64,000 nucleotides of DNA from Octopus vulgaris (GCA_951406725.2 OX597820.1:69254001-69318000); one strand, 5' to 3'; counted from the stretch's first letter, positions 1-15,882 are shown. The notes: generated by a model from the letters alone, not told the origin. Translations and numbers: made by a program.

Positions 1-529
1 GTTATTTTATGAAAAATTCTTCATTTTAAAAATTAATTTTGAAGCAAAGGGTTTGTATTACAACAGAAACGCAATAACAAAACGTGTTAAATTTGTAGAA
101 CCGGTTTTAAAAGATGTTAGATAAGGTACCACTGGTTAATAACCTGGATGGTCGAGGCTGAAATAATTTTAATCATACGTTTGTTCCCTCAGAGCTGAAC
201 TGGGATCACACATCAGAAACAACAACCACAGCAACTACAACAACACATTTGTCTAAATGTCAAAGAGAAAAGCTTTTATGTGGTCACTAGATTCGCTAGA
301 GACAGCAGTTGAGTTTGTCTCATAAAACTGCATGGCTCATTGCATAATGCAATGCAAAGTTATGTGAGTTGGCCATGGTTTGAGGCTCAGAATATAAATG
401 TGCTCAATCAAACCTGACCCTGGAGAGGGGTTTAAATAACAACAATAGTACCAGCAACAACAGCATGTGTAGCAGCAGGAACAGTAGTAATAAGTGGACT
501 GTGAACTTCTCGATATCAGCTTCATATAA

Positions 530-790
530 TATTGAACCTAGTACTTAATTTTAAGTCCAGTACTTATATCAGGCTTTTGCCGAATCACTAACTGACGGGA
601 TGTAAATAAAACAACGTCGATTGTCAAGCAATGATGAGACCACACGCACACACGCACACACGCAAATACACATATATACACGAGGGGCTTCCGCACTGTT
701 TCCGTCTACTATATTACTCACAAAAAGAAGACTCTTGCTTAAGGGATTGAACCCGAGGACACGTGGTTGCGAAGCTACATCTTCACTCGG
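530..790 (-). mobile_element. SINE family A, old diverged copy (similar remnants at about 3645-3790, 28822-28975, 38680-39120)
   Basis: Diagnostic family A segments such as ttttgccgaa, ttgtcaagc, gtttccgtctac and cacgtggttgcgaag. Confidence 0.65.
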
Positions 791-1348
791 ATAGCTAAAT
801 ATTTAAGAAAAACTAAAACAAAGAAACATGAAATATAAACTACAGCAAATCAAGATAAAATATAATGGTCGAAGCTGGGAAACCTTTTTGATGATGGTTC
901 TGCACTCAACCCCGATTGAATAGGGAACTGCAACACAAACGATATCGGTATTAGAGAAGATGGTGCAAGCTATTGTATATATTGTTATGAAACCGGTAAA
1001 GGAATTTCCGAGCGATTGGTTATTATACGCAGATACACTCTTCAAAATGAAGGTAGTTATACATGAATATACACATTCATTGACAGATATATAGATATAT
1101 GCATATATGTGTGTATGTGTATGTAAACACAAAATCATATATGTTTATGTGTACACACACGCACACACAGGTAGTGACGAGCATGTCTACTAAACAAAAT
1201 ATTTCGATACAACTAAAATATTTCACACATACATACACACACGTTATGAACAATATTAATATATACAACATAAAAAATATATTTTTATATATGTATATAG
1301 ATAGATGATATAAAAAAACCTACATAAATACATATATAAACAATATAT

Positions 1349-1395
<47 letters not shown>

Positions 1396-1905
1396 AATAT
1401 GTATTACATATATGTATTACATACACATAAACAGACGTATAAATGTGTATCTGCGCGCCAAAACTGACATACATAGAAATTCATCAACAATTTTACGTAT
1501 TTGTTTAAAGTTTAATGTAATAACAGTCCTGAATGTGCCTTAATTTCCTCTCACCAACTCCACAATAATGCATAATTTGATAGAGTTTAGAGTTAGTTAT
1601 ATACATGCATATACAGAGCGCTTGTATGTGTACGAGCATGTGTGTGCGCGCACGCGTATGTGTGCGTGCGTACGTACGTGTATGTATGTACGAGTGTATG
1701 CATGTATATATTTGGCACGCGTAATTGTTTGTGTGAAAACATCAATCTTAGCAACATAAAAAGCAATAATATATGTATTTTACCCTATATTAGAAATGTT
1801 TAAATTTTCTATAGAAAACACACACAAACTTACATACGTGCAAAAAAATGCACGTGTTTTTATGTACTTCTGCTCATTCATGTTATTGAAATAAATTATA
1901 AGCGC

Positions 1906-2365
<460 letters not shown>

Positions 2366-2447
2366 AAACACGTGAAATTATTTATTATATATATTTACAC
2401 ACACACACACACATAAATATATAATTTACACACACACAAAATATATA

Positions 2448-2489
<42 letters not shown>

Positions 2490-2993
2490 TTGTGTGTGTC
2501 TGTGTAATTACGCACACACACACACATACGTATATATAAGTGTCTGTGTGCGCATATCTGTGTATGTGTGTGTGTGTGTGTTTTTGTGGTGGGGGGATGT
2601 ATGTCTTTGAATACTTTAGCCCTTCTGTGAATGTCTCGCAATTAGTGCTCGATTCTATGTTTTTTTTTTTTTTTTTTGTACCCTGTATTTTATTGCTTAT
2701 ATATATATAATTGCCGCAACCATATTTTTTTTCATGTTCCAACATTTATTTGAACGTCAGTTAACTGTCTCCTTCTCCGTGTGTGAATGTGATGCCGAAT
2801 GTTTATATATGCTTTCGTGCGCGCGTGTGTGTGTATGTGTGTGTGCGTGTGTGTGTGGGTGTGTGTGTGTGTGTGTGTAAGTGTGTACGTGTGAGTGTTT
2901 GAGTTACTGAATTTTATAAGCTATAAGAGACATAACCGTAGTAAAGATTTGTGTATGCGTTTATATTTCAGAGAAACACTCAATACTTGCTCT

Positions 2994-3075
<82 letters not shown>

Positions 3076-3354
3076 TGTACATTTTTCTGAATATAAAAAT
3101 ATGCAAATATATACATATGTGTGTATGTGTGTGTGTGTGTGTGTGTGAATGAGTGTGTGTGTGAGTGTATGTGTGTGTTTTAATACATATGTATGTGTGT
3201 GTGTGTGATTGAGTATGTGTATGTGTTTGTGTGTGTGATTGAGTGTGTGTGTGTATGTGTGTGTGCGTCTGTGAGTGTATGTGTGTGTTTTAATACATAT
3301 GTATGTGTGTGTGTGTGATTGAGTGTGTGTGTGTGTATGTGTGTATGTGTGTGT

Positions 3355-3397
<43 letters not shown>

Positions 3398-3848
3398 AAT
3401 ATATATATGAAAGAGAAACACGCTTTGGGGTGGAAGTGTAACCGATTACAGAATGGTTGCGAAGAAAAGATAACGTTGACCCTCGCAGAATGGCATACAA
3501 AAGGAAAAAATGACACCAGGCATTTAACGATGTATGTGTGCGTGCGTGTTTGTGTGTGTCTGTGTGTGCATTTGTGTATGTGTGTGTGTGTGAGAGAGAG
3601 TATGTATCCATGTATAATAAGCACGCGTATACGTATATTAAAAAATGCGACGGATTTCCACAGTTTCCGTCTACCAAATTCACCCTCAAGACACTGGTCG
3701 TTTCTAGTCTTTAAAAGGAGAAATGTGCCCAAGGCGCTCCACACTGGAACTGAACTCGAAACCACGTGGCTGTAAAGCGATCTTCTAAATCTTATACGCG
3801 TTTAAATACATACGCGCGCGTGCGTACACCCCCTCCCGCACATACACA

Positions 3849-3902
<54 letters not shown>

Positions 3903-4902
3903 CACACATTCTGCTATCAACTTTTTAAAACTTATTGTAACATTTCTGTCATCATCTCATTATTTTTTCTCATTCTTTCTCCCAACTTATTTATTTGAAA
4001 ATTTTATTACAAATTATACTTACAATCTGTGTCCGAATTTTGCCGATTATAACCATTCCTTGGTCAATAAAATACCAATCACCCAAAGTTATCTTCCTCC
4101 AAGCCTGTTACCTGTATGAGACATCAATGATATTTTCTCCCCTATAACGCCTGAGCTGGTTTTACCTTATATCTTTCCTCTTCTTGGTTGATATACGACA
4201 ATCAGTCCATGAATGCTGTCTTAGGGCAAGGCCACTCTGGGAAGTTTTCTCGATGGCCCCACGGATCAAGGGATCCACGATAGAATTATGTTGTATTTGT
4301 ATTCACAGAGGTTCAAGAACATTGATTTGTCCGGGGATCAACAGTACTATTAAGCCGGTCCTGACAAGCATGTATAGTGATAAAATTTTATCGATTAATT
4401 CATTCTCTGTTATAATTTTGATATTTCTACGAAAATTTGAAGCCAATTACTTGAGGGCATTTTAAAAGATTTGCCGGGCGAAATGATGTTTTTAAATATA
4501 CTTCTGTGTTTTTTCCCCTTTATAGAATTATCTCCCTTCGTAATTTCTCTTACAAATTTCATGTTGCCTAAATAAGTACAGGTTAAATACATGATCTGTC
4601 CAGGGCATATGTGTGATATTCTGCCTGGGTAAAACTGCTGGGTTGGCAGAAATGATAGAGTGCTTGACAGAGCAGCTGTTATGTTCTGAGATCAAATATC
4701 TCTCACCCTTCCAGGGTCGATACAATAAAGTACTAGTCAAGTAATGAGATGCTCTGGTAATCGAGCAATCTTCTCCTCTTAAAATTGGTAGCATTGTGCC
4801 AAAACTAGAAACGATTATTCTTATTATTGTAATCATTGTTCTTGAGATTTTTGCCCATTTCGTGATTTTGAGCCTTAGTATTGACAACATGACATCATAC
4901 GC

Positions 4903-4945
<43 letters not shown>

Positions 4946-5234
4946 GTGGTGTGTGTGTGTGTACATGCGTGTTTTGTGTGTGTGTGCATATGATATGATT
5001 ATGTGTATATGATACGTTTCTGTGTTGAGATGACGTTTTTAGCATTAAGCACGTTGTTATTATCACGAAACATATGATAACACATCTAATAGTAATAATT
5101 CCATTAACACAGATATTAAATATTCATCTCTATTGTACAGAACGTTATTTATAAATACCAAAGTATCTCTGAAAATACGTATGTAATATTGTTGATTTTA
5201 TGTCATGTTTCACTGTACTTCATTTTATATGCAG

Positions 5235-5284
<50 letters not shown>

Positions 5285-5286
<2 letters not shown>

Positions 5287-5689
5287 CGCAGGAGTGGCTG
5301 TGTGGTAAGTAGGTTGTTTACCAACCACATGGTTCCGGGTTCAGTCCCACTGCGTGGCACCTTGGGCAAGTGTCTTGTACTATAGCCTCGGGCCGACCAA
5401 AGCCTTGTGAGTGGATTTGGTAGACGGAAAATGAAAGAAGCCCGTCGTATATATGTATATATATGTATATGTGTGTGTGTGTGTGTGTCTGTGTTTGTCC
5501 CCCTAGCATTGCTTGACAACCGATGCTGGTGTGTTTACGTCCCCGTCACTTAGCGGTTCGGCAAATGAGACCGATAGAATAAGTACTGGGCTTACAAAAG
5601 AATAAGTCCCGGGGTCGAGTTGTTCGATTAAAGGCGGTACTCCAGCATGGCCGCAGTCAAATGACTGAAACAAGTAGAAGAGTAAAAGA

Positions 5690-5690
<1 letters not shown>
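5285..5690 (+). mobile_element. SINE family A, full-length copy (tRNA-like head, internal TA/TG microsatellite, GTAAAAGA-type tail)
   Basis: The head has an A-box-like TGGCTGTGTGG and a B-box-like GGTTCAGTCCC. Near-identical copies lie at 20707, 23302, 36836 and 7826-8235. (TA)n flanks both sides. Confidence 0.9.
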
Positions 5691-5737
<47 letters not shown>

Positions 5738-7437
5738 CATATATATATGCGTGTGTGTGTGTATGCATGGATACATATACATGTATGTGTGTGCGCGATA
5801 GTCAGTGTGTATGTGGGAATTGCATGTCTGTTTTCCATATACTTGTTTGGTTTGTAGTCGCCAAACGCAACTATAATGCACTTTTCTACTGGATACTTAT
5901 ACAGTGCCTAAAGACCTAATAATTTTTGACTAATATCAATAATACATAATAATACTGATAGGCCAACAAATTTGAGTGGGGTTTTTATTCGATTGCACCG
6001 GCTGGACTTGTGCTTTGATTTATTGATCCCGAAATAATGAATTGCAAAGCTGAACCTGACGGAATTCTGATTGTACAGTGCCGGAAATAATAACGCGATG
6101 CATTTTACCAGATGCTTCGACGATTCTACCATCTCAGTCATACTCATTCTTGCAAGCAATTTCTGTCTATTAAGATGTAAGGAGTTTTGTCCCTTGCCCA
6201 TTTCCAAAATAATTTTCAGTAACGATATTGTTTACTTTCATTATAGATTTTAACTTGTCCAGCTTAGAATCCTTATTCGGATCCTCAACTAAACTTGAGT
6301 GTATATTTCTTTGTTCTTCACAAAACATTTCCCTGATTCAGGTACGCATACACAAACACATATGCATTCAAACATTCACACGCACACACGTGTGGGTGTT
6401 TGTATATGTGGTCGAATGTGTGGGAGAGCGTCTCTACATATATGTAAAAGACAAGACTTGCTTAGATAAATACCGAATTGTTTCTAAGATCAATTTTAGT
6501 AATGATTCATGCACTTTTTCATGGACTGTCTTAAACTTTTTATTGCAAGATATCTTAAAATATGCTCATTATTTACAGCTTCGACTTATTCTCATCATAC
6601 CGTAGGAATAGAGTAAATAGATATGATAAAATGATCATTCTGGAAATTCGATTGGTTTTAGACATATAATCGTATATGTCAAAAACACTTGTGATTAAAA
6701 CCATGACACATATACCTCAATAATCCTCATTTGAGGAAGGGAGATAATCCTGAGCTATTAACTGACATCTGAGAGATGCCATAACTGGACTTGAAACAGA
6801 CACCACGCGTGCGCGTGTGTGTATGTATGTGCATGTGTGTGTGTGCGCGCGCGATTGATTATATATATGTGTATACATGTGTATACGCACATATGTGAGT
6901 GTAAGAACGTTCATATATGTTTTGCATGCGTCTGTCCCCATATGTTTCTACGGCAACACCGCTTGAAAAATGATGCTTTTTGTTTATGCTCCTTAACATA
7001 GCACTTAGATGTTGAAGAGCAAGCATAAAAGTAAGTACTGGGTCTGATAATATAATCAAGTAAACCTCTTCGAATAGGAAAAAAACGCGAGAAAAGTAAA
7101 AGAATAAAAAGAAGTGAAAAAAAGGAAGGAAAAAATAACATCTTTTACTAAGTTGTTCAGGGCAGAGACACTTTGGATAGAAAAAATTTATTTATTAGAA
7201 TAATATATCCTTATTTAAATAATTATTAATAATTACCGTTTGATCTCTAGATATGTTGCAGATTTTTCAAAGTCTTACATCGTGTCATACGTACGTACTG
7301 ATAAGTAGGTGAAACCAAATCGTACATTAGTACATATATCGTGAAATCATACTGTGGTGAATGCATTGTTTTGTAGCATTCACATATACATTATTCGTTT
7401 GGTTTAAGAAGATTTTGTACCTAATCATAATCATTAT

Positions 7438-7748
7438 GTTGTGTTGTTGTTTGTTCCTTCTCGAGCCATGCCTGGCTCATAAGGGCCGGTTTTCCGGTTT
7501 CATTGGCATGTAGGTTCCCCACCTGGACAGGACGCCGGTCCGTCACAGGTGAACTGCTACAAACAGGAGGAAAGAGTGAGAGAAAGTTGTGGCGAAAGAG
7601 TCAGCAGAAGTTCGCCATTACCTTCTGCCGGAGCCGCGTGGAGTTTGGGTTTTTCACTCATAAACACACAATGTTCGGGCTGAGATTCGAACCTGCGATC
7701 CCTCGACCGCGAGTCTGCTGCTCTAACCGCCAGGTCATGTGCCTCCAC
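7438..7748 (-). mobile_element. tRNA-derived SINE, third family (MetaSINE/V-SINE-like central motif)
   Basis: The minus strand has the head gtggaggcacatgacctggcggttagagc...GGTTCGAATC, the central motif gacggaccggcgtcctgtccagg and an (AAC)n tail. The family assignment is from memory. Confidence 0.7.
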
Positions 7749-7825
7749 CATGATTATTATAAGCGAAAGAAACATTCAGGATACTTTACCTTGGGCAGAA
7801 ATTGCATGAGTTACTCAGATGTATA

Positions 7826-8235
7826 CTCTCTCTTTTTCTCTTTTACTTGTTTCAGTCATTTGACTGTGGCTATGCTGAAGCACCGTCTTCTAGTCGAAGA
7901 AATAGACCCCAGGACTTATTCTTTGTAAGCCTAGTACTTATTCTATCGGTCTCTTTTGCCGAACCGCTAAGTTATGGGGACGTAAACACACCAGCATCGG
8001 TTGTCAAGCGATGATGTGGGGGACAAACATAGACACAAACACACACACACACACACATATACATATACATGTATACGACGGGCTTCTTTCAGTTTACATC
8101 TACCAAATCTACTCACAAGGCTTTGTTCGGCCCGAGGCTATAGTAGAAGACGCCCAAGGTACCACGCAGTGGGACTGAACCCGGAACCATGTGGTTGATA
8201 AGCAAGCTACTTACCACACAGCCACTCCTGCGCCT
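7826..8235 (-). mobile_element. SINE family A, full-length copy
   Basis: Reverse complement of 5285-5690 over essentially its whole length. Confidence 0.9.
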
Positions 8236-9243
8236 ATGCTTTTCTTCTGAATCCGTCACCATATCGAGATCACTTCCTGATATTGCGATTGTATTATCAT
8301 CAGTTATTTCAGGGCCAAAAGCGTTTCACCATTGAGTCTGTACGATTTTTCTGTGAAAGGTAGAGAGGACTGAATTAGAGTTTGTCCGCAGAAGATTTGT
8401 TTAATAACATCCTCCTTGAGCTGGTTCATGTCCTTCCTCCACAGATTAAATTCCCCATTCCCTATTGATATTATAACAGCAACAAAAATCTCGGCAAGCG
8501 TCTTATTTACTTAACACATTTAAGAGAAATAAAATATCGATGATTAATTGATTACTTGTTGATTGATATTAATCAGATGAGTCAACCAGAAGCAATCAAA
8601 TTAAGCTCCAATGTCCCCGATTACTAACACACATTTACAACAAATTAAAAGGAAAGAAAAAGGAAATCACCCAGAAGTATATTTAAAAACATCGTCGCCA
8701 TTATTAAACTAATCACGCTATTGTTTGTATTAGTATTTTCATTCTGAATATAAGTATAAATAGATCTCTTGTCATCTCAACAATAAATTAAGTTCAAGAT
8801 TTAAGACAATTAAACTTTAATATGGTTATCAATTGTTTATCATCAATCTAACGCAATATAAGTTTTAGAAAAAAATAATATAAACAACGAAGTCATTACG
8901 GATTGTACGTATTACATGGGTTAAGTATAGAATGTACTGGGAAATTTCAATAGTTCATTCCTTTCAGTGTAGATTTTATGAGCACAGATTAGATTACATG
9001 ATCGTAATGACAATAACGGTAATATATTTTGTTGATCCTTAAATAATTTCAGGTACACCGGATTAAATAATCCCAAAACTTGTGTAGCACAGGCACACAG
9101 ATAGATAGTTGCTATAGATAGATACATAGAGAGAGAGAGAAAGAGAGGGATAAAGAGGGATAAAGAGATAGATAATATGTGTATACGTATCAATTATGTA
9201 TATATATATATATACTCATAAATACATACATATATATATACAT

Positions 9244-9287
<44 letters not shown>

Positions 9288-9831
9288 TCATTAATACATA
9301 CATATATACATGTTTTTATATATATATACACATGTATAAGCATATAAATATATATATGTATATGCATATATATATACATATAAATATATATATGTATATA
9401 TATGTGCATATAAATATATACATATATATGAATATAAATGTATATATATGTTTATATATATATATATGTATACATATATATATGTGTGTGTGTGTATTCC
9501 TTTATGAAATAGTATGTATATTTTTATTTATGCATATACACATATATATATTTGTATAAGCATATTGTGTCCTACAAAAGCTTTATGAATCGTTACACGA
9601 GGCATCAACATAGAATCAATATGCATGTAAGTTTTAATAATAAAAAAAATTATATTGATTTGCTCACCTATGCTCGCTAATGATATATTTCAGGGGAAGC
9701 AACTGACAAGAAACTCACAGGGAGCGATCTTTTGACGTTTTCTGTTCGTACAGGTAACGTTCGATGTACCTCCCTGTCAGTATACTTACCTCTATATTGG
9801 GAAGCGTTAGTCCATTCCATATATATATACC

Positions 9832-9869
<38 letters not shown>

Positions 9870-10024
9870 ATGTACAATATATATATATATGCATATATGT
9901 ATGTATTGCATAATATATATATATAACGCAATATATATATATATATTTAATGCATACTATATATGTATAGCATATATACTATATCTATATATAAATATAT
10001 ATACTATATATGTATGTATGTATG

Positions 10025-10067
<43 letters not shown>

Positions 10068-10337
10068 TACATATGCACACACACACACATATATATGCAC
10101 GCAGATAATTCAAGTATTCATATATATATATATGTATGTATTTAGGCATATGATAAATATATATATAGACACGCACACACACACACACACCTAGAAACAC
10201 TGACACACACATATAAATATATATATATGCAAATTCCTACTCATTAATATATAAATTAGTTTTTTCTGAGAGAGAGAGAGAGAGAGAGAAATAAATAAAT
10301 AGATAGATAGACTTGTATGTAGATGCGTACACATACA

Positions 10338-10389
<52 letters not shown>

Positions 10390-10843
10390 TTACATACATA
10401 TATACATAATTGTATATGAGTTACATACATATATACATATCTGTGTGTGTGTCTGTCTCTGTGCTCGCGTGCGTGTAAAGAAAGTATTTTAATTAATATT
10501 TAGTTGTAATTTAAATTTCTACCTTGGGTAAATCAACAAGCACATCCCTATACATGGGTCAGGTCTTTAGGACTTTGTCACTCACGATCGCAAGATCGCG
10601 GTTTCAATTCTTGGACCCATTAATGCATTGTGTTCTGCAATCATTCTCCTCGTGATGTGTGCAATACTGTGCTACTCTTTGAGTAAGGTTGATTTGATGC
10701 AGAGAGTGACCTTGCGCAGCACATATAGCGGATCATTACAAACAAATTATTTGTGTGTGTTGTTCAGCGTAAACCTGACAGCTCATACGTTGTCTTTAAC
10801 GGGAGTTTCCATGGCATATATCTATATCTATATCATCTATATC

Positions 10844-11240
10844 TGTGGTAAGTAGCTTGCTTACCAGCCACATGACCCTGGGTTCAGTCCCACTGCGTGT
10901 CACCTTAGGCAAGTGTTTACTACTATAGCCTCAGGCCGACCAAAGCCTTGTGAGTGGATTTAGTAGACGGACACTGAAAGAAGCCCGACATATATATATA
11001 TATATGCATATATATATAATATATATATGTGCATATGTTTGTGCGTCTGTGTTTATCCCACCAGCATCGCTTGACAACCGATGCTGGTGTGTTGTCGTCC
11101 CCGTAACTTAGCGGTTCTGCAAAAGAAACTGATAGGATAAGTACTAGGCTTACAACAAATAAGTCCTGGGGTCGATTTGTTCGATTAAAGGCGGTGCTCC
11201 TGTATGCCTGCAGTCAACCGACTGAATCAAATAAAAAATA
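10844..11240 (+). mobile_element. SINE family A, slightly 5'-truncated
   Basis: tgtggtaagtagcttgcttacc...gggttcagtcccactgcg...cgattaaaggcggtgctcc matches family A. Confidence 0.88.
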
Positions 11241-11250
11241 TAAAGTGTAT

Positions 11251-11426
11251 AAGGGGGCCAGTCGATTAGATCGACTGCAGTGCGTAACTGGTACTTATTT
11301 AATCGACCCCGACAGGATGAAAGGCAAAGTTGACCTCGGCGGAATTTGAACTCAGATCGTAGCGGCAGACGAAATACCGCTAAGCATTTCGTCCAGCGGG
11401 CTAACGATTCTGCCAGCTCGCCGCCC
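11251..11426 (-). mobile_element. SINE family B (tRNA-like head plus CORE-like central segment)
   Basis: The minus strand reads ggcggcgagctggcagaatcgttagc...gagttcaaattccgccgaggtcaactttgcctttcatcc...aaataagtaccag, with B-box-like GAGTTCAAATTCC. Confidence 0.85.
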
Positions 11427-11735
11427 TGTGTGGTGTCTTCTAACATAGCCTCGGGCCAACCAAAGCCTTGTGAATGGATATGTTAGACGGAAACTGAAAG
11501 AAGTCCGTCGTATACGTATTTATATGTGTCTTTAAGTTTATTTTTGTTCTTCATCATCGCTTGACAATAAGTGTTGGTGTGTTTACATCCCTGTAACATA
11601 GCAGTGCGGCAAAAGACCATGATAGAATAAGTACCCGGCTTAAAAAATACAAACACTTAGGCCGAATCCTTCGACCAAAAGTTCATCAAGGTGTTGCCCC
11701 AGCATGGCCGCTGTGTAATGACAATTAAAAGAAAA
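11427..11735 (+). mobile_element. SINE family A, older partial copy
   Basis: Contains tagcctcgggccaaccaaagccttgtg...cagcatggccgc and is more diverged than the other copies. Confidence 0.8.
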
Positions 11736-14426
11736 GAGATATGATACATTTGTTTGTGTTTGTGCGTGCATGCGTAAGAGCATGGGTAGAACTAGAAAAA
11801 AACCGGCATAATTGATGGATTGATGGAATAGCATATAGAGTCACTAACGATCGAGCACTTAAACGTGCAGATCAGGGAGGCTAATCTCTATACTTATTTA
11901 GTGAATGTGTATCAGATACATATTTCTGTAATACCCTGTTTCCGATAGATGAATTTCTCACTCTCTTACGTAACACTGCAAATAGCCCTGTTTGAAGACT
12001 GTCATTTGTTAAATGATCTACATATTTCTTAAAGATATATAATGTATAATTTTGTGCATCGTTAAGCAAAAATTATACGTAGCTCAAATGCCCTGTTATT
12101 GATACAAATAATAATTAGAGTTCTTTCTCTGTCACAGATATCATTAAAACAATGTTGAAAGTGTAATTAGTGAAATAGATATTTTTGTTTAATCCCTAAA
12201 GCATTAACTTTTTCTTTTTAATATTCATTTTTCTTTAAACAGGAGAAAAAGTAGAGTTAAACAGAAATAAAATTCGAAAATTATATTTCAGCTAAAATAT
12301 GGTTTGTGTATAATAAGAACATTAATTTCTATCTTCTTGTAGGCTTCATTTTCGTTTCTGCTAAACGAATTAACGAGTAGGAAAGAAGAATAAATTAGCT
12401 AAACTTCAGATTAGGCGCCAAACAACGATTCTTTCGTCTGTTGCATATTGCATGTGACAGTTAAACTAATTGTCTGAGATAAGAGAATTTAACGAACATT
12501 TACCTTAAAAATGTTGAGGAGCAATTAAAAACTATTACATGTATATCCTTAGAGGCCACTCACAAACTTTATTTTTTTTTTCTTTATCACCAGAATCCCA
12601 CAACGTACGTTGAATTACGAAAGTGTGACTCTTCACTAGCTTTGTTGATCTTTATATTGTTTGTTTGATTTCAACAGAGGTAATTAGTTTCCAACACATA
12701 TATTAGTGTCATAAATGATAATTTCTTTTTCTCTGAATAAACGTTGGGAAGAATGAGATTATATGACTTTCATGTTTTAGTTAAAGATATTAGCATTGAA
12801 GTGAAGAGCAAATTCTACAACCGAGTTTCGAAAATAAGTCTTACAAACACTAATTTTGTGAAGGCAAAATGTTTGCAAGGTTTAAAGAAGGACTATTAAG
12901 ATGTTCATGTCTTTTCCTGGGGCGTTAAGTAACTAAATTACGTCTATGATAGAAATAGGCCCCTGAAATATTTTCCCTAAGACAAGAAACAAAGAAATGT
13001 AGAATTTTGATATTCCCGCTTTTCAATCGTTTATGTAGCTGAATGAAGTGAGATACCCAAAAACTTGCGTCGAAATATTTTGGGTAAGGAAATATTTTGA
13101 AAGTGTAAAGAAAGCGAGAAAGGCGATTATATTTCCAGAAAGCTAAGACAGTGATAAGAAGAATGAGAAAAAGACACAAAATGGTATCTCGAGAGGTTAG
13201 TTAGTTGAATACAATTTCAGTAATTCTAAAAGAAATAAATGACTTTCCTTACGCTGTCAAACAAAATGTTACGCTAGTAACCTTGAACTTTGTGTCTCAA
13301 ATCAGGCTCAAGTAAAAACCTCCTGCGTAAGATCACATTTGAAGGAGACTTTCATGCAGGGACATTGCATCTATTATCAGTATTTCAACCTTTACCTTGT
13401 TATACTCTGTAGTGTTCATACTAATATAACCTATATTTTATGTATAATGTTATATAAGGTGCTATGTCTATATTTTAGAGTGAGCAATGTAAAATGTATA
13501 TAAAACACTGGCCAGTGGAAAATCTCGGTAAAAGGTCAAGGGGTCATATCCAATTATTAGTGCCAAGTTCCTTTACATTCTATCAAGGCAAATGTAAACC
13601 AACGGTGACAGAAATGATTATATGCATATATTTTTAGTTTAACTCTTTTAAAATATATTTTAGAATTTAACTTTAACACCTAAATTATCTCCCTTCGATA
13701 CTTCCTTCATACTACAATGTTTATGACATGCTTCCTTGCACCGGAAGTCTACCCATAAACATCGATCAAAGAATACAATCAGACAATTCCGCTCCGCACA
13801 TATTTGGGCCTTGAAAATTGATATATGCGGAATTCTTTAACTAAAATAAAAATTTACTGCTAGAAAATAAGACATATCTTAATAATTAATTAAGTGGAAC
13901 AAAGACTTAAAAATCTTTTAAAAAAGTTAATCATTTGATAGTGAATTGCGATCTTTAGATATTTGAAGATAAATTCTTAAAGATACGATGCAAATTGATA
14001 CTAATATAAATATATGTAAAACTCAGTTAAACTATAGAAGCTTCATGTATGGAAGAAGTTCATGTTGCCATTTAGTTTATTTACCAACATTAGGAATAAA
14101 TTATTCACATTCACAAGACATGCATTTCTTCATCATTACTCTCGACCATCCCGAATGAATGAGCCAAAGGGACACTCTACATTGGAGTGGTCGAAGTTAT
14201 TGGAATAGCACTAAATTCTTATATGATACACTACTCTTTCTCTCATTCACTTTCCCATCTTTCTCTCGTTCTCTCTTTCTCTCTCTCTAAAAAAATAGAA
14301 GTCCTGAGTATCGTTGCTCGTGATACTGTAAAAAGAAAAGAAGGATGGTCACAGATGGAGTTCTTTGTAGCATACATGTGCTCAGAGCTAATATTGCGTT
14401 GAACAACAGCAAGAACGACAGCATCA

Positions 14427-14457
<31 letters not shown>

Positions 14458-14767
14458 TACACACACACATTTGATACTAAGTAAATTATCAGCTTCAATA
14501 TCATAATCATAATGCTCATTATCCTCATAAACAAGAACTTCATCAAGGTCCACCTCACCACCACCACCATCATAGTCCTCATGACCACTTGCTCGTTACC
14601 ATCACCAGCAACATCGTATTCTTCATCATCCCACCACCACCACCACCACCACCACCACCGTCACCAAAAACATCACCACCACCAACATTACCATCACCTC
14701 AACCATCATCAGCACTACTATTATCGTTATCTGTCGCAGATGCTGCTACTACCACGACCACCACGAT

Positions 14768-14808
<41 letters not shown>

Positions 14809-15674
14809 ATACTAATACTATACTACTACTACTATCTTCAACACCACCAACACCTCCACCTCCACCTCCACCACCACTACCACCACCACCGCTGCGGTTT
14901 TTTCCCATTGCTGTATGGCCCATTTCAGACATTTTGTTTGTGTGTTATTTTGTGTTTGTGTGTGATCTATGATGAGTTCGAAACGATCCTTTATTATCTC
15001 ATATTAAACTATCGGCAGTCGACATTTCAAACATTAAATATTGAACACCATCACAATATTCTAGTTCTAGGAGACTTGAAATCACAGCCAGAGATATTCA
15101 TTCTATGTCTCTAGACAACTGAATTTCTTGTTTCGAATTCAGAAATATCTCTATTACCACACATCGTAATGCAACACAGGTAATAGGGAGTGATGTTAAT
15201 ACGACGTATTTTGGTTACTAATTATGAGCTAGCTGCGTGACCGGAAGATTAAACTATAAAATATCATTTGATAATAATGCTGCTGCCGCTGCTGCTGCTG
15301 CTAGTGTTGCTTCGTGCACTGTTACAAAAATATGTAGGAAATGATATGAATAAATGCTTTGCAATGGTATTATTTCTTTAAGAACTTCTAAGTTCTGTAC
15401 TCCTTTATCATATAACCCAGTAATTAAATTAACATAGATCGTTGTATTGACTGGAATCATCTCGGAATCAGTTCTGACGCCTTTGGTTGTTAACGCTAAA
15501 GAGGTTTACATCGCAAGTCATCTGCTAAACGTATTTATTAGGAAAGTAACCATAAAAACAAAAAAAGAATAACAACAGGAAATAGTAATAAAAATATAAA
15601 TAAAAATGATGTCGATGATTACAATAATATGGTATATTATTAGTATTATTAATAATCTTTTATATTCCATAAGT

Positions 15675-15882
15675 TTGGTACAAGGCCAGCAATTTCAGGA
15701 AGGGGGAACGTCGATTACATCCACCTCAGTGCTCAACTGATATTTATTTTATCGATCCCACGAAATGATAAAATGCATAGGCGGTAACGGCAGCATTTGA
15801 ACTGAGAACGTAAAGACAGAGGAAAATACCACTAATCACTTTGTCCGGCATGCTAACGACTCTGCCACCTCGCCGCCCAAAT

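Noticed and set aside
7680-7748. tRNA-like sequence with A and B boxes
   Set aside because: No complete cloverleaf or acceptor stem. It continues into a SINE body, so it is called a SINE head, not a tRNA gene.
14512-15114. 200-aa His/Leu-rich ORF and overlapping Pro/Thr-rich ORF
   Set aside because: Trinucleotide repeat tract that is open in several frames on both strands, with no domain.
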